Counted from the stretch's first letter, positions 1-35,267 are shown. The stretch is DNA of 64,000 bases from Magallana gigas (GCF_963853765.1 NC_088854.1:56730001-56794000), one strand, 5' to 3'. Numbers and translations are program-made. Notes: generated by a model not told the origin, from the letters alone.

Positions 1-919
<919 letters not shown>

Positions 920-960
920 TATATATTTTGTTTTAGAACTCTTTTAATGATTTTTATCAA

Positions 961-966
961 AATAAA
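961..966 (+). terminator. Polyadenylation signal, gene A
   Basis: AATAAA about 42 nt after the stop, in the same tttatcaaAATAAAtt context as in B and C. Confidence 0.6.
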
Positions 967-1367
967 TTCTTGAATTCAGCACTTGTGGTTGTTGTATTTG
1001 TTATCTTTCGTTAGTTATCATGCCCTGTATGCCTTAAAGACAATGTTGTACCCTTCAGCCGAGACAGGACAGAGCTCTCACAGTCTCTTGTTAATAATTC
1101 TTTTTTTTTTAGTTTACTCTTTAAAGCTGAATACCACTCGTAAATAGGCAAATTACTTGCGCATTATTTTTTTTTGTTTTTTTGTTGTTTTTTTTATTGA
1201 ACTTTCATATATTCACATACCAGAGTCCTTTTTTGTGAAAAAATCGTGATCTTTTCCGATCGCAATTTTAACCTGCTATACAGTAATAGAAATACTGATA
1301 TTTGACCAATAGATATTTTTTAAAAATCAACAATATTGATATTAACATTTAATCTAAAATAATTCAT

Positions 1368-2030
1368 TAAGGTTTTCCGCTCTCAGCGGAAAACCTTACT
1401 ATTATTCTGAAAAATTTTCAAATTTCTTATTTTTTTTTTCTTCTAGACGCCAACTTTGATCCTTAATATCTCGCTCGTTTGTTCACTGATTGTTTTGAAA
1501 TTTTCAGGACTGATAACATGCCGCGTGATGTTGTCGTTGCATATTTTAGTCTCCATCCGGTTTTGAATTATTCCCCTTTTAGTAAAATTTAACGACTTCT
1601 TTTGTCCAGGGGTTTAGCTTTAACGATGACTGGCAGAGTCTCAAAGATGGGCTGGTTTGAAAGCTAATACATTGAATTTGTGCTAGATATATTTTATTTA
1701 TTATTTAAATGCAAATAAAAGGGGTGGTATAGATGTTGAAACAAAGGTTAGAAATAAAATCAAAAAAATTCGCGTATTTTCCGTGTTAGTTTTCTACCTG
1801 ATAAAAATTTGTTATAACATGTATTTTAAAAGTTATTGGTCTTACCCAGACCTTTCATTCGGTATACCGAAAAAGGGGCTGGCCCTTATAATTAGGGAGT
1901 TAGAGGCGTCCAAAGTTTCTTGTCAATAACTTAAAAAGGAATAAACATTTCTAATGCATTATTGAAGCAAAGTTGTAAAGAAATTAATTTTGAATCCTTC
2001 TATAGTATTCAATTTAATGTTTTCGCAATT
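1368..2030. mobile_element. Probable non-autonomous Helentron/HINE-like element starting with a hairpin
   Basis: Perfect 13-bp stem taaggttttccgc-tctca-gcggaaaacctta at 1368-1398. The right boundary is uncertain. Confidence 0.4.
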
Positions 2031-4798
2031 TATAGTCAGTTTTTGCAGAAACAAATGTTGTCAGTTGGGTCCATTTTTGTGGGGGTGCGCACGTTTATGA
2101 GGTTATGAAAGGGCTTCTTGTAATGCACAAACTGATACATGTAGCGCGCAAAAATAATTCCACATAAAATTCCCAAATGTTTTATACATATGTACATTTT
2201 CATTTCATATAGATAAACCTCTTTGACCATATTTTTGTTGTTTGTTTCATTACTGTGCCCCTGTCTATATTAAGATGCATTACGAGACTCAGGTAACCGA
2301 TCGATAGGAGAGTCGCTAGCTGTATTCAGGCCGTAGCCTAGACGACAGTGCATGTGCTTGTAGAGCTGGACGCACACGATTAACGCCCCAGTGTGTTACT
2401 GTAACAGAGACATTTTGAATTGTTTCAGTACTGGAAGATGTGTTAATAAAATGGTTCCAATGCAGGTTAATTAAACTCAACTTTTCTAAATACGTATACA
2501 CGGCCGTCATATAAAGCACAATGTGTATTACTGACATGACAAATGGACGCTGGCAATTTAAACGAACGCGGGATTGCTCCCGATAGAACAATTCTTTTAA
2601 AGCAAAAAAAAAAATACTGATTTGCGATGGATATAATATAATTATATCATCGTGGAGATGATTTTAAAAAGTGAACTTAATATTCGTATACGATAATATT
2701 TGAATCCAAAGCCGCTAGTTTTAAGTTACGGTAATTAGGGATATTAATTATGACTTGCCCCGCGTTTCAGGTTTTTTACTTGCAAAACATCTACAAACGA
2801 AAATACCAAACAACCTTCAGCAGCAACTTATAAATTATTTATTCCATACACAATTCTAAAGAGGTAATTAAATAAATTTTATAAATGCTTTATACTTGTA
2901 TTCGCTATCTTCCATGGAAAAAAGTGGCATGGAAAAAATGTTGTTCAATGTTCATCAAATCGAAAATAATTAACAAACTGTATATTGATAGATTGACATA
3001 TCAACAAACATTCAGACCCGCAATGTGTTTTCTTACAAGTTCTATAAAACGTAGACTCAATGACTGAATTCTTTACCGTTTTCCGTCTGGGTTATTTTGA
3101 ATCACGTGTGTACGTTATGTGTTGCCATATAGATGAACACTTTAATTAAGTGTTTAATTTTTAACAGAAATTGTGTACATGCAGAGCAATGCAATGCTAG
3201 GACAATAAAATTCCAACAATGTATATGGTGAGGCCGGTCAGACTGATACTGGTTCTGCTTGTTCTACAAATAGCGAATGTAAGACGAAGTATTTGGGTGT
3301 TATATTTTAAACAAATATAAATATTGCTTTCTTAAAAGCTTGCATTACTCAACAAGGTATTTTATTGGAATCATTCTTAGTTACCTTAGCTGCATACATG
3401 TATATGTACCGCTCGGTCTGTATCCCGCAAAAATTGACTACCATCCGAAATTTTTCATACAAGGTCTACAGACTTGCAGCTAACATTACCTTTAAAAATA
3501 CATTTTAGAATTTGCGGCTGTTTCTAAATTAATTAAAAAGACGCGCAGAGTCAAGTGGTAATATGTCGTTTGATATGGGATTTATGACGTCTATTTATAT
3601 TGTTATCATTAAATTTATTTCATTATTTCAAGCTTGTGGGTGGAATGAAATCAGGTTCACATGTTATATGACATAAAGATGTCCTCTCCCCACTTTTTCT
3701 CGAAGCAACTATTTTTATAAAATTTACATTAAAAAATTGAATTATCATGGAGTTCCGCCCCCCCCCCCCATTTTGGTAGCATGTAAAAATGATGGTATGA
3801 AAATCATGAAATTATGAGTGAAATTTTGAAAATTTTAGAAAATTAAAAAAATATTTTTTTTTTTGCTTGTCAAGATTTGTTGGATGAGTTTGCCCCCCCC
3901 CCCCACACACCCACACTTTCAAAAACGATGCTCCGTGCTTGGAAACTACTCATTTCTTTATTCCCCTCTTTAATAAACAAAACAATCTAACAAACATAAC
4001 CGATCCAGATAAATATAATTACATGTATCAAAAATAAACTTAAAAAACAAACTACACATTCATCCTTCACCCACAATATTGCCTTTTCGATATTTGTCAT
4101 CGTTGTAGACCTGTGTAACAATCGGTTAAGTAGGTGCTTGCACGAAAAAGAACCCCTTGCTGATTTACATTTTCATTAACGCATACAAAGAAAAAATATA
4201 TTTTGATTTATTTTTGAATTTCTTTTGATGTAAAAAAAAAAGAAATTTGTTCTCAGTCTCTCTTTATGCCTGTTTGTTAGCGATTAATCAAAGTTCATTT
4301 TGAATATCTTTTTGTATTTTAAAAAGGGCGATGTAAAATTTTTTCATGCAATATTTCGGATAAAGCAATGAAGAGTTGTTTCTTGAAATTTTATTAGACC
4401 ATAAAATTGTAAAATGCTAACATTGAAAATTGTGCCCGATTTCTTTCTTTTTTTTAAGGTAAAAATTTATTGATTTAAAAAATGATTCTTTGAGACAAAC
4501 AAATTGACATAATCAATAAGAGTTTGACAATCTCTAACTGCAGGTCTGTAGCTTTTAGTCAGAAAAAGAATCGGATGGACGACCTAGGACACAGATCGTC
4601 TATCCGAATTTCTTGAAAATTGCCATTTTTTTTTGACGCGGACGCAATACTCACCGAGACTAAATGGTTCGTATCTTAAGTTTTAAGTTTTAACTGCTTT
4701 GAAAGGTAATACTGGTTTTCTGATGATTACATGTATGAACATGAATAATTAAATAAAATGGTTAAAATTACAGTAAAATTACCGGCATCGGTCTTCTC

Positions 4799-4973
4799 CG
4801 TGCGCGGATCTAGAAGGGGAAGTGTTCCAGACCCCCCCCCCCCCCAGCGAAATTTCTTTCAATTACGTGTACATTATAAACTTACCAATTTGCCTCGGAC
4901 ATCCCTTGGCAAACTCAAATAACCGTCTGACTTTTCAACCCCCACCCCGGAAAAATTTTCTGATCCGCGCATG
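4799..4973. mobile_element. Small MITE (~175 bp)
   Basis: 12-bp TIRs cgtgcgcggatc (4799-4810) and gatccgcgcatg (4962-4973), one mismatch; internal C-tracts. Confidence 0.65.
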
Positions 4974-7529
4974 TTCCCCCTCCTCGAAATACAAAATTAT
5001 TCCTCAAAACCCCTTGTAAAATTTCCAGGATCTCTGCATTTATACTAAGAGATTCATTGGCGCTTGCGTTCGATAAAAATGCGTGTAAAACGTTTGCCAA
5101 TGGTCTTTTTACCTTCGTACCGGGCATAACCACAGTCCAACTCTGAATAAAATGCGGCGAATCAAACTAGAGAAAACGCGTGTTAAGATCTGTATTTGCT
5201 TATAAACATGTAGTATCATCGTGCAAAATGCACTGTTCAATTATAATTTTTTTTTTACTTTACTTGTAAAATTCAACATCTGTTTCGTTATTTTTTCTCA
5301 CAGTTTATTTCTTACATAGTTACTTTTTTAAATTACTGATTGACACTTTTCAGACTTTATATGTGATTTCAAAGAGACAGTGTCATTTCTCAAGGACTGT
5401 TAATCTCTTAAAACAACATTGTGCAATTATCAGATTTTCATTTCTTGGACATCAAAGACTCATTAAGTTTATTTAATTATTTTATATCTGTGAACCTTTC
5501 ACTCAACTTACTTATATCATTGCCTTTCAATTGCAATTTATACTCATTGTAAAGATTCTTATAAATAGTTATGTACAATTGTCAATGCGCAGTCTGGAAT
5601 ACGGCGGCCAGCCCCGGCCACGTCCGACTCTCCCAGAGTCTTGAGTCCGGAGGCCACTTCTGGCCATATCCGACTTGTTTGTAACATTTCTGTCTGTTAA
5701 ATTGTAATAATGTTGCCATCGTTGAGTCTCGTCCAATAATGTGGAATCCTGCATCAGTTGCCTGTTTATTTCTCTGGAACTGTATACTGGTGGACCTTCG
5801 GGAATACGGCAAACCTACCCTTCGTTTTAGCTTACGGCCCACAGCGCGCCCCAACCTTTTACCTTATACACTTTACGCCAACATTCCCTCACCCGGTTCG
5901 TACTGCACACCATCGATGCAGATCCAGACGAATTCTCTATCACCGTAAAATCTACGCGGTCACAGAAATATAATACTTTGTTTCTCAGTGTTTACACATC
6001 TAATATTGTACTATGGCCAGCTATCAATTTTTTGTAATACGTCACAAGTATGACGCAGCTACGACGGAAAACCTTGCAACGAGCTCGTCTCTAGTTACAG
6101 AAATAATTTTAAAAAATTCTACAGAACATGCACGTACACGTATTCATCGCTCAAAAGAAATATTTATCAACCGTTTTTATGTCGGAGGAAAAATGAAATT
6201 GTTACGTTCAAATGAAAATAAAAAAGACACGAAAATGTAAATGGCTTTTTGATTTTAAAACATTAAAATTGAAATCAGTATCATTACAAACGTAAATCGA
6301 TTTTTCGTTATACGGCGGTTTCATTTTTCAACATTAGGGACTGTTATGAAATGGTTTGAGAGATTAAAAACGTAGTATTTAATAAATATTTATTTAATTA
6401 CATTGATAATTGACAAATATTTAGAAGTAAATTAGTCACCGAATTTTAAAGGAAAGCTAAGCAATCAGGATTTTTTTCTTATATCGTATCAACTGCATAT
6501 TAATATATGTTCCGCACATAAAACCATAGAGAAAATAAGACGAATGGAATAAACAAAAATAATGTTTGTATCACTGTGTAGGATTTCTTTTTTCTAAAAT
6601 TAATTAAATAAATTATATATGTGTGTGTGTGTGTGTGAACAGTATATTTTCCCCTCAATTCTTTAATTTTTTTCATTGAGTTGATGGACGTTAAACCATT
6701 TAAATGATGTCCTTTATCAAAAGCTGATTCCGACTGCTTTAAAGTCAGTAATTTTTTTATTGGCTGTTGACAAAAATAGAGACGTGTGACAATCCAATTA
6801 GAAAAATACACAGAGTTTGATTGACAGCTGACCTGTCAGCTGCAGGCATGTGTTACCCGATGTTCGAGTGCGAATTGTACACGGTCTAAAAGTTTCAGTT
6901 ATCAATGTAAAAAAACCCAATTATTACATGTTTATTACGACTTGACAGTATCACAAAGAGCTGATTCAATTTTCGCAAAATAACTCATTATAGTATATGT
7001 ATACATAAGTGTTTTGTTAATCACAAACTTCTCTGGGAAGTTTTAACTCGGATGCCATTTTGATAAGAATTAATAAATTAGAAATGTTCCGATTGAAGTC
7101 TGATGAAACGTTTTACACGATACTTGCATGCTTTGCCCGATACGATTTACATGCTTTGCCTGAAACGCTGCACGCTTTGACCGAAACGCTAAACGGTTTG
7201 CACGAAACGATTCTTGCACGCTTTTTTGGTGTAGTAGTACGTTTCAGGATATGTAAGACTGCATTATTGGAGAAGAAGTGCGCTCTAATTTTCCGGGTTT
7301 TTTTTAAAAGCACTGTTATTATTGCATTGACACAGCATGGATCTATCGCTTATGAAGATAACCTTTTGAACAATGCGATCTGACAGCCAAAAAAACCAAA
7401 GAACTGAAACTCCCCGAGGTGGAATGACATTTTCCGGATTGTTTCATTCCTATTACAAATACAGGAGCATGCTTGATATATAATTCACTGTTTTAATGTG
7501 TATTTGATTTTTCTTAGTTGGATATTTTA

Positions 7530-7556
7530 ATGAGATACCCAACCATAACCACTTGA
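7530..7556 (+). promoter_or_regulatory. uORF in exon 1a (MRYPTITT*)
   Basis: ATG at 7530, TGA at 7554-7556, 34 nt before the main ATG. Confidence 0.5.
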
Positions 7557-7590
7557 ACGTGATCAAAATACAAACACTCAAAGTGACTCA

Positions 7591-7658
7591 ATGGCAGACA
7601 AACTGAAAGGACCATGTCAATATAGTACAGCCAACTGGCTCTCTAGGTTCACTTTCTG
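7591..7658 (+). CDS. ABCC4: Extra copy of the ABCC4-like first coding exon (exon 1a): alternative start exon of gene B or relic of a truncated paralog
   Basis: Acceptor ttcttag|7518, ATG at 7591, MADKLKGPCQYSTANWLSRFTF(W), donor TG|gtaag at 7659. Coding part is 67/68 nt identical to 13896-13963 and phase-compatible with exon 2 at 15970. Confidence 0.75.
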
Positions 7659-8289
7659 GTAAGTTACATTAATTGTAAGCACTATCTTTAAGATAGATGG
7701 ACGAACAGAATTTAACTTTTATAGAGACTTTTGCACAAAAGAATTTAGTAGCTAACAGAATGTGTTCAATTTTTGAGATGAAACAATTTGTAAAAAAAAT
7801 TCGTGTTATTTACGCCCTTCCTGATTTGCAAACGGTTTAGCCTCTTCTTGAATTCGCCCAGATATATTTTATATTTTAAACTTTTTTTTAGAAAACTACA
7901 AGGCCAATTGCCCACCTTAGATTTTAAAAGAAAATTAAACAATATTTCATTTAAGTTTTTTATAAATTTACTTGATGGTGTTGGAAGTGGAATAAACAAA
8001 TACAATAATAATGTACAAATAAAGTACTGCCCAAATTTATTTTAGTTGAATGGCTATTTATACTAATTGAGAATTAGATTTATAAGATAAAAATTTGAAC
8101 CAATGAAATTAAAGAACCATAAGCGCGCAATAAAACTTCAAATGTTAATTCGTCCTCGAATTAATATAATTGATACATATAAAATATTCAGTTATACGAT
8201 TACAACTAACTATATATTACAACCATTTGCAGTCGAAAATATATTCACATTTCACGTATTGACTGGTTTAATCCCAAACAATTCACAGA

Positions 8290-10330
8290 AAACACTATTC
8301 ACTGGCTTTCTCACTGTACACGGATTTATACGGTTTGTCTACGATTACATAAACTTCAGATTTCCATTTGCCCTGAATTTTGTCTTTAAAACCTCTGTTT
8401 TGAATATAGATTTTGTTCTTTTTCCGATCTCCATGTCTATGCTTTCTTGCTAATTCATTTCTGTTGAGTTCTTCTCTGGCTCTGTTGTAAGCAAATAAAA
8501 GTTTCTCGGAATGTAAATCCGCCCGTCTGTCTATGTTTGTTTTCATTTGACGGTTTGGTACTTTAAAAATCCATTGGAAGGTATGGATGTCGTACATGCA
8601 TCAAGAAGTAAGGGAAATAACCAGTCGATGCGTTTGGTGTACACGAACTCTTTAATGTACTCTAGCTACTTTCGTTTCCTGACTAGTGGTTAAGAGTAAA
8701 GCAAGTCGTGTAACGTTCTATTGAAGCGTTCGCGTTGCCCGTTGCCCCGAGGATGATACGTGTAGTTCTCGACCTCTTGATGTTATAAAGAGAACACAAG
8801 TGTTGGATTATTTCAGCTTCAAAGCACTTTCCTTGATCGGAGTGGATACGCTTGCATACACCAAATGTACAAAAGTGTTGTCTAACTAGCACTTTCACTT
8901 CAGTTTGTGCGGTTTGATCTTTAGTTGAAACTGCAATAGTCTATTTACTGAAGAAGTCCGTTAAGGAAGGAGTCTTCTCTGTTTTTCGACTTGTCAGACG
9001 TAAATTTGATTAATTATTTATTAAAGCAAGATGAAAGGAAATTAAAAAAAATATATTTTTCTTTCTTTTTTTATTATCATACAACTTGGCATAGAAAAAG
9101 TAATCAATGTTTAGAATCTAACAAGGACTATATTTTTGGCGTAATATTGGCGTAGGAAAATATAACATGTTTCGCAATTCAGAATTGTTGCAGATTAATG
9201 AGTCTGTTTTAGCATTCTAAAAACAATAACATTACTGTTTGATTTTTTTTACTAAAGTGAACCAATGATATGGTACTTTGGTTTTAGAATACGTTTTTAT
9301 AATATGATTTGCTTATCACAGTACATTTTTATAAGCTTTTTAAAGCGCCGATTCTATACATTTATTTTTGTGAAAAAATCACTAAAATTAGTTTTTCTCT
9401 CTTATTAAATGGTCAATATATTAGCTTTTCTGTCAATTTATATCTTTATATATAAAGTCTTCATTATACATAAAAATCAGAAATATAATTTATTATTGAA
9501 AGCACAAAAAAAATCAAAATGTCTTCAAAATTTAAGAAAATTAGAGGAAATGCGGACTAAGCAATATCAATTTTAGTATAAATATTTATTCCAATTTAGT
9601 TGTAAAAGCTTATAGACATTCTGATATTCTATTATTTCATTAAAGAATAGAATCTTCAAATCTTAAACATATTTCTACAGAACTACAAAGAGCTACACTT
9701 ATTTTTATCATCTTTTACGTTGAGGAAAATGTGGAGACCTTGACCTGACCTTTATGCGAAAACAAAAAGGTCAAATGTGATTAAACTGATAGAATCATTT
9801 GGTAATATGCATATGATCCGTTTTACTGTGTCAAAATTTCATTAATTTCTTATTATAAGAGGTATGTTTGATAACGAGAAGATTCCTTCCTTAACACAAG
9901 TTCATTTTCGAATCCTTGGGATTTCCTAAGAACCGTAAAGTCTATGGCAATACATTTCCTACGTTTTGATGCATTAATTGTCCCATTCCACTGTGAACAG
10001 TTGGTTGCAGTATTTTTGAAATTGCACATCTCTCACATTTTAGACAATAGGTCTTATATATCCTTGTACATATTATACCAGTAATATCTTTGTCGGATTA
10101 TTCTGAACACTCTATTGATTCCCTGATTTCCATTCTTATAGAGTAGACTTTGCAGAAATATTTCTTTGAGACACCAAGGCACTTAAATCTCACAACATTC
10201 TCGGGTACAAACCTTTATTTTATTTATTGGCAAGTGAATGCCTGCAGGTCTCTTTTACAACAAATTTAAAATTTTGGCCCATTGTGCTAGAGTATAGATA
10301 ATCAGCTATTTCTCCAACAAAGATCGAATA
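8290..10330 (-). mobile_element. Decayed Ty3/Gypsy integrase region, split by a TTAA DNA element
   Basis: Minus-strand remnants: GINRVFRIIRQRYYW and DIKTYCLKCERC (zinc-binding region), CIAIDFT, GFENELV|LTDFFSK (rejoined across 8961-9894), STKDQTAQT, FGVCKRIHSDQGKCFEAEIIQHLCSLYNIKRSRTT, DKIQGKW. Stops and frameshifts are present. Confidence 0.85.
8965..9890. mobile_element. Non-autonomous Kolobok-type DNA transposon (TTAA TSD, GG termini)
   Basis: TTAA at 8961-8964 and 9891-9894; 15-bp TIR ggaaggagtcttctc / gagaagattccttcc with one mismatch. Excision restores the integrase frame ENELVLTDFFSK. Confidence 0.85.
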
Positions 10331-11037
10331 ATAAAAGCAAAGGAATCAGTCATAGGAATCTGGGATGATGGCTTTGACTCTAAAATGAAGCTTAAAATGC
10401 AAGCATCAGACCCCCTAACAGGCTATCGTACTCAGAGGCCTATGAATTAATTGCTTGTTTATCATGTTTCTGTGATGTTTGTGGTGATACTCTCATTTAA
10501 GCTGCTTGGTCCGATTTTTTTGTTTTGTTATTACAGTACCAAATAATATTCCATACAAACCATTTGTCATAGAAGTTATGGACTTTCTCCTATTTACACC
10601 AAAAAAATCGGTCTCCTTTCAAAGTTACAAATATTCAAAATAAATTTCTTTTTGAGCAAACGAAAAAAAAAATGAAAATGCATCATCGGATGTTTAGAAA
10701 AGGCAACCGTTTGGTTTTATCCCCCAAATGATTGGGGTTATACAACCCGCATGCTATGCATCGATTGTAAACAAAGCAAACCTTAAAAATATCAGTAAAC
10801 AAAACGTACACAGGTTCATTTGTAATTTGCCTGAACATTATGACCTTTATTTATAGCAATGTCAAAGTTGTAATACAACCATACCCGTTTTGACGTCCGG
10901 GGTGAATTTTAACATGAGGCGAAATAACGCAATACCCTTTTATGTCGTTTGTTTTGTTAACAAATTTTGTACATAAAATTTTTTCATTGCAATTTGGCTT
11001 AATTGACTTGGAAAACTACTGCAATGTCTACTATTAT

Positions 11038-12640
11038 TATACCCACACCTTCTAAAGAAAGTTTGGGTATATTGTTGTTACCCTGTTCCGTCTGTCCGTC
11101 CGTCGGTCCATCTGTCACGTTTTATTTTCTCAAACTGCTGTTACATCTTAAAAACCATCAAACTGAACCCTTTTAAGTTTGATTTGGGGTGTCATGTTGT
11201 TTTGTAAAAAGGTTTCAAAAATTTCTGGTAGTCTTGGGGGTCAAATAATTTGTAAAAAATGACGTTTTTTTAAACAAAAAACCTTCTTCCTCGAATTCCT
11301 CTTTAACAATAGTCATATCATCTCTTGGAATATGCTATAGGATATCCTATAGATGCGCAATAAGGTTTCGGAAATTTCAATTTTGTCCTGGGGGTCATTT
11401 AATGGCTGAACAATTACTGGGTTTTTTGGGGGGTTTTTTTGGTTTTTTTTTTATACAAAAAACTGGTTTCAAAAACGTCATTTTGTTTGCAGTAGCCACA
11501 TGATCTTCTAGAATATGATTTGGGTTGTCATATTGAAGTGTTCCAGAATTATTTTTTTTTATTAAGGGGATCAGTGGGCAACAGAAAATGACGGTTTTTT
11601 TTGCAAAAAAGTATGGTTCCCAGAACTTCTCTTACAACTTTTGGAGTAGATACGTCATCTCTTGGGATATAATGCGGCCTGTCCTATAGATGTGCAATAA
11701 GGTTTTAAAAATTAAAATTCCATCCAGCGAGTCAAATAGAACCAGAAAATTGACGTTTATCACTTAAAAAAAAAACCCCCAGAGATCCTAGAACTCCTCT
11801 TATGATTTAATGGATAGACACATCATATCTTGGGATATGATAGGGACTGTTCTATAGATGTGCAGTAAGGTTTTAAAAATTTAAATTTCATCAAGGGATT
11901 CAAGTAGTAGCAGAAAATTGACGTTTGTCACTCCAAAATAAAACATAGATCCTAGAACTACTCTTATGTTTTAATGGATAGACACATCATATCTTGGGAT
12001 ATGATAAGGACTGTTCTATAGAATTGCAGTAAGGTTTTAAAAATTTAAATGTCATCCAGGGAATCAAATAGTGGCCGAAAATTGACGTTTATCACTAAAA
12101 AAACATAGATCCCAGCAGAACTCCTCTTATGATTTAATAGATAGACACATCATATCTTGGAATATGATAGGGACTGTTCTATAGATGTGTATTACGGTTT
12201 TGAAAAATTAAATTTAACCCTGGGTCCCATTACCTACATATCGTTTGATGCCCTTTAAGGATCAAGAATATCTATGGTTAAGGGATGGGGATCTCAACCG
12301 TTTTCGAGATACTTGTGCACTTTCTGTTTGTGGGGAGTCACGACCATCCCCGGGGCCCATGACCTACATACCGTTTGATGCCCCTTGACACAAGGAACAA
12401 GAATATATATGGTTTAAGGGTGGGGATCTCAACTGTTTTGAATATATTAAGGGACTTGTTGTTCGAGGGAGGTCAGGACCAGCTACAGGGCCCATGACCT
12501 ACATAACATTTGATGCCCCTTGATATAAGGAACAAGAATATATATGGATTAGGGGTCATGATTATAATAGTTTCTGAGATATATGGTAATTTCCAATTCC
12601 TGGGGGTGGGGATGACCCCCAGGGGTCAGTCTAATAACCC
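11038..12640 (+). mobile_element. Helentron/HINE (DINE-like) element with two internal tandem arrays
   Basis: 5' hairpin tataccca...tgggtata (11038-11071), then a GTCC/GTCT microsatellite, ~164-bp units (~11650-12220) and ~130-bp units (~12227-12600). The 3' end is approximate. Confidence 0.7.
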
Positions 12641-12859
12641 TTTATATTGCCAGTAACAGTCAATATATGATTATTAAAACCCTGCATTATTATCTTTAGT
12701 CCGTTTTCAAGTTACCATTTACAATAGAGTCTACAATTCTTCCCATAAGGTAGGTTCAATGTTAGACCCAACAACCTTTTGTAAACTACATGAAAATAAG
12801 ATGAAAAGACGGCCGGAACTCACAATTTTATATTTTTGCAATTTGATGGAAAACAGTTG

Positions 12860-13266
12860 AATCGTGTAAAATAAGTAATCTATATTAGTCAAACAAAATT
12901 TGAGTGTCAGTCGTCGTTTTATATAATCAAGTTATAGAACTTTTAATTCTTTGTTACATGGTCGAGTTTTTGTTTACATTTTTAATTTTTAGACTTAGAC
13001 CAGAGATAGTTGTGACAAAAGCTATGTACAAAATAGAAAAATCAGTTTGAAAAGAACTTAACTGGTAAGTTGAATTGATGTAAAATAAAATATGGCAAAC
13101 ACGTCTTGTCTACATAACACGAATTATAAGCTATGTATATTGTTTATAACACACTCTACGATTGACCCTCACATTTTTTGTTGATCAATAGAAATGCATA
13201 ACTTAAGCATTGTAAACAATAAAAATGATAAATGAAATTGACCACAATCGTGACCATCCCCCTTTG
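12860..13266. mobile_element. Decayed copy of the Kolobok-type MITE family seen at 21452-21940
   Basis: Right end ttgaccacaatcgtgaccatccccctttga and internal aaatttgagtgtca match the family. Confidence 0.55.
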
Positions 13267-13276
13267 ACAGTAACTG

Positions 13277-13480
13277 CATATGAGACGACTATGTCAGTGA
13301 CAAAAGGCGCCAAACTTCTTGTATTTAACTCTACCCGAAAAATAAGCAAACATAGCTGTTAAATGTCATGATTTGATTATAACTGTATATGAGGCGACAA
13401 TATCAGTAACAAAAGGCGACAAATCTCCCGTATTTAACTCTACCCAAAAAGTAAGCGACAATAGCTGCCCAATGTCATAT
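13277..13480. repeat. ~110-bp direct tandem duplication
   Basis: Two copies of (g)tatatgag.cgac.at.tcagt.acaaaaggcg.caaa...tatttaactctaccc.aaaa.taagc...atagctg...aatgtcat. Confidence 0.7.
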
Positions 13481-13594
13481 ACATATTGGCTGTTTCTTTT
13501 AGCTAATGTACTGATGTACATTAACAGTGATTTAGTTAATTTGACTCACTTTTTACAATCAAATTATTTATTTGTTAAAATAAGGTTGTGAATA

Positions 13595-13755
13595 TAAACT
13601 ATAAAATGCTTTATTCAATGATTCATGCGGGTTATGAAGGTAGCGATTATTGCAGAGAAAATGTACATAACCCGTGGGTTATGTATTTAATTTTCTGCAA
13701 TGTCGCCACATTCATATCCCGGATGAATCACTAAAGAATGCATTTTGTTGTTTAA
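13595..13755. mobile_element. Palindromic (hairpin) MITE
   Basis: Arms taaactataaaatgctttattcaatgattcatgcggg and cccggatgaatcactaaagaatgcattttgttgttta, with a central perfect stem tacataaccc-gt-gggttatgta (13664-13685). Confidence 0.65.
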
Positions 13756-13828
13756 GTAATCTTAAATGCAGGAACATGCTTGGTTACTGTTTTAAAGTGT
13801 ATTTGATTTAATTGTTTCTTAGGTGGAA

Positions 13829-13861
13829 ATGGTATTGAAACACTTACATAAAGTCATTTGA
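13829..13861 (+). promoter_or_regulatory. uORF in exon 1b (MVLKHLHKVI*)
   Basis: ATG at 13829, TGA at 13859-13861, 34 nt before the main ATG at 13896. Confidence 0.5.
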
Positions 13862-13895
13862 ATGTGATCAAAATTCAAACACTCAAGGTGACTCA

Positions 13896-35227
<21,332 letters not shown>

Positions 35228-35267
35228 TATATGTTTTGTTTTAGAACTTTTTAAAGATTTTTATCAA

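Noticed and set aside
3630-3930. Coding exon or complete MITE
   Set aside because: Only one plausible element end with C-tracts; no partner TIR and no sustained ORF.
5569-5973. GC-richer block with overlapping ORFs on both strands
   Set aside because: No recognisable motif or splice structure; probably a transposon interior. Needs blastx.
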